DNA of 64,000 nt from Armatimonadota bacterium. Its GTDB lineage: Bacteria; Armatimonadota; Fimbriimonadia; Fimbriimonadales; GBS-DC. Below are positions 60,831 through 64,000 of the stretch, one piece after another (the stretch's first letter is position 1; each line of letters starts with the position of its first letter). The translations under genes were made by a program, and so were the position numbers. The stretch covers positions 112,930 through 176,929 of the forward strand of contig JBBIML010000010.1 in assembly GCA_037444405.1 (NCBI GenBank). The letters are read 5' to 3'. The notes beneath the pieces are model-generated. The model was not told where the DNA came from. It worked only from the letters and a program-made list of their open reading frames with translations, and ran no database searches.

Positions 60831-60834
60831 TCAG

Positions 60835-61245
60835 ATGCCGACAATCAATCAGCTGATACGCAAGGGTCGGAAACCGAAGGTCCGGAAGACGAAGTCGCCG
60901 GCGTTGCAGGGCTGTCCGCAGCGGCGGGGCGTCTGCACCATCGTGCGCACCATGACGCCCAAGAAGCCGAACTCCGCCCTGCGCAAGGTCGCGCGCGTGC
61001 GCCTGACCAACGGCATCGAGATCACCGCCTACATCCCGGGTATCGGGCACAACCTGCAGGAACACTCGGTGGTGCTGGTGCGCGGCGGGCGCGTGAAAGA
61101 CCTGCCGGGCGTGCGCTACCATATCATTCGCGGCACGCTCGATTGCGCCGGCGTCGAAGTTCAGCCGACCACGCGCAATCAGGATCGGCGCATGCAGGGG
61201 CGCTCCAAATACGGCTCCAAACGCCCCAAAGCCGCCAAAAAGTAG
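60835..61245 (+). CDS. rpsL: 30S ribosomal protein S12
   Basis: [35 protein letters not shown]. Confidence 0.99.
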   Translation: MPTINQLIRKGRKPKVRKTKSPALQGCPQRRGVCTIVRTMTPKKPNSALRKVARVRLTNGIEITAYIPGIGHNLQEHSVVLVRGGRVKDLPGVRYHIIRGTLDCAGVEVQPTTRNQDRRMQGRSKYGSKRPKAAKK

Positions 61246-61253
61246 CGAGGTGA

Positions 61254-61733
<480 letters not shown>

Positions 61734-61750
61734 GAGGAGGTTGAACATCG

Positions 61751-63847
<2,097 letters not shown>

Positions 63848-63873
63848 AACTAACACAAGGAGGAGGATGAACA

Positions 63874-64000
63874 ATGGCACGACAGAAATTTGAGCGGACG
63901 AAGCCGCATGTCAACATCGGCACGATCGGTCATGTCGACCACGGCAAGACCACCCTCACCGCCGCCATCACGCGCGTGCTGAGCAAACACGGTCTCGCCG
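63874..64000 (+). CDS. tuf: Elongation factor Tu, partial (runs off the window)
   Basis: [33 protein letters not shown]. Confidence 0.97.
   Translation, partial: MARQKFERTKPHVNIGTIGHVDHGKTTLTAAITRVLSKHGLA

Overview
High-GC bacterial chromosome segment, probably Armatimonadota (Fimbriimonadia-like). This is inferred from DUF1559/H-X9-DG prepilins, dockerin-like 'DDADLL..VLF.FGSGC' C-termini and the REP families. Most genes are housekeeping or scattered accessory genes: prfA, a type IV minor-pilin-like operon, fliH-fliI-fliJ-slt, mreB, prkA, recR, metG, parAB, flgM, uvrB, fabI, nhaA, carA and the start of the str operon (rpsL-rpsG-fusA-tuf). I found no rRNA, tRNA, CRISPR array or intact mobile element. 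The most notable signals are: (1) a ~360-nt, heavily base-paired RNA of unrecognised family between a TATAAT promoter and prkA; (2) a sigma28 promoter, c-di-GMP-I riboswitch and flgM in series, with a readable translational ON platform; (3) two secreted proteins sharing a dockerin-like C-terminal module ending FGSGC; (4) an intact orphan terminase large subunit; (5) a tetraheme cytochrome/pseudo-enzyme operon; (6) two recurrent promoter motifs, one linked to leaderless genes; (7) two REP-like families, with one copy translated inside an ABC ATPase; (8) a structured rpsL leader with an internal terminator. All calls are by eye from motifs; no database search was run.
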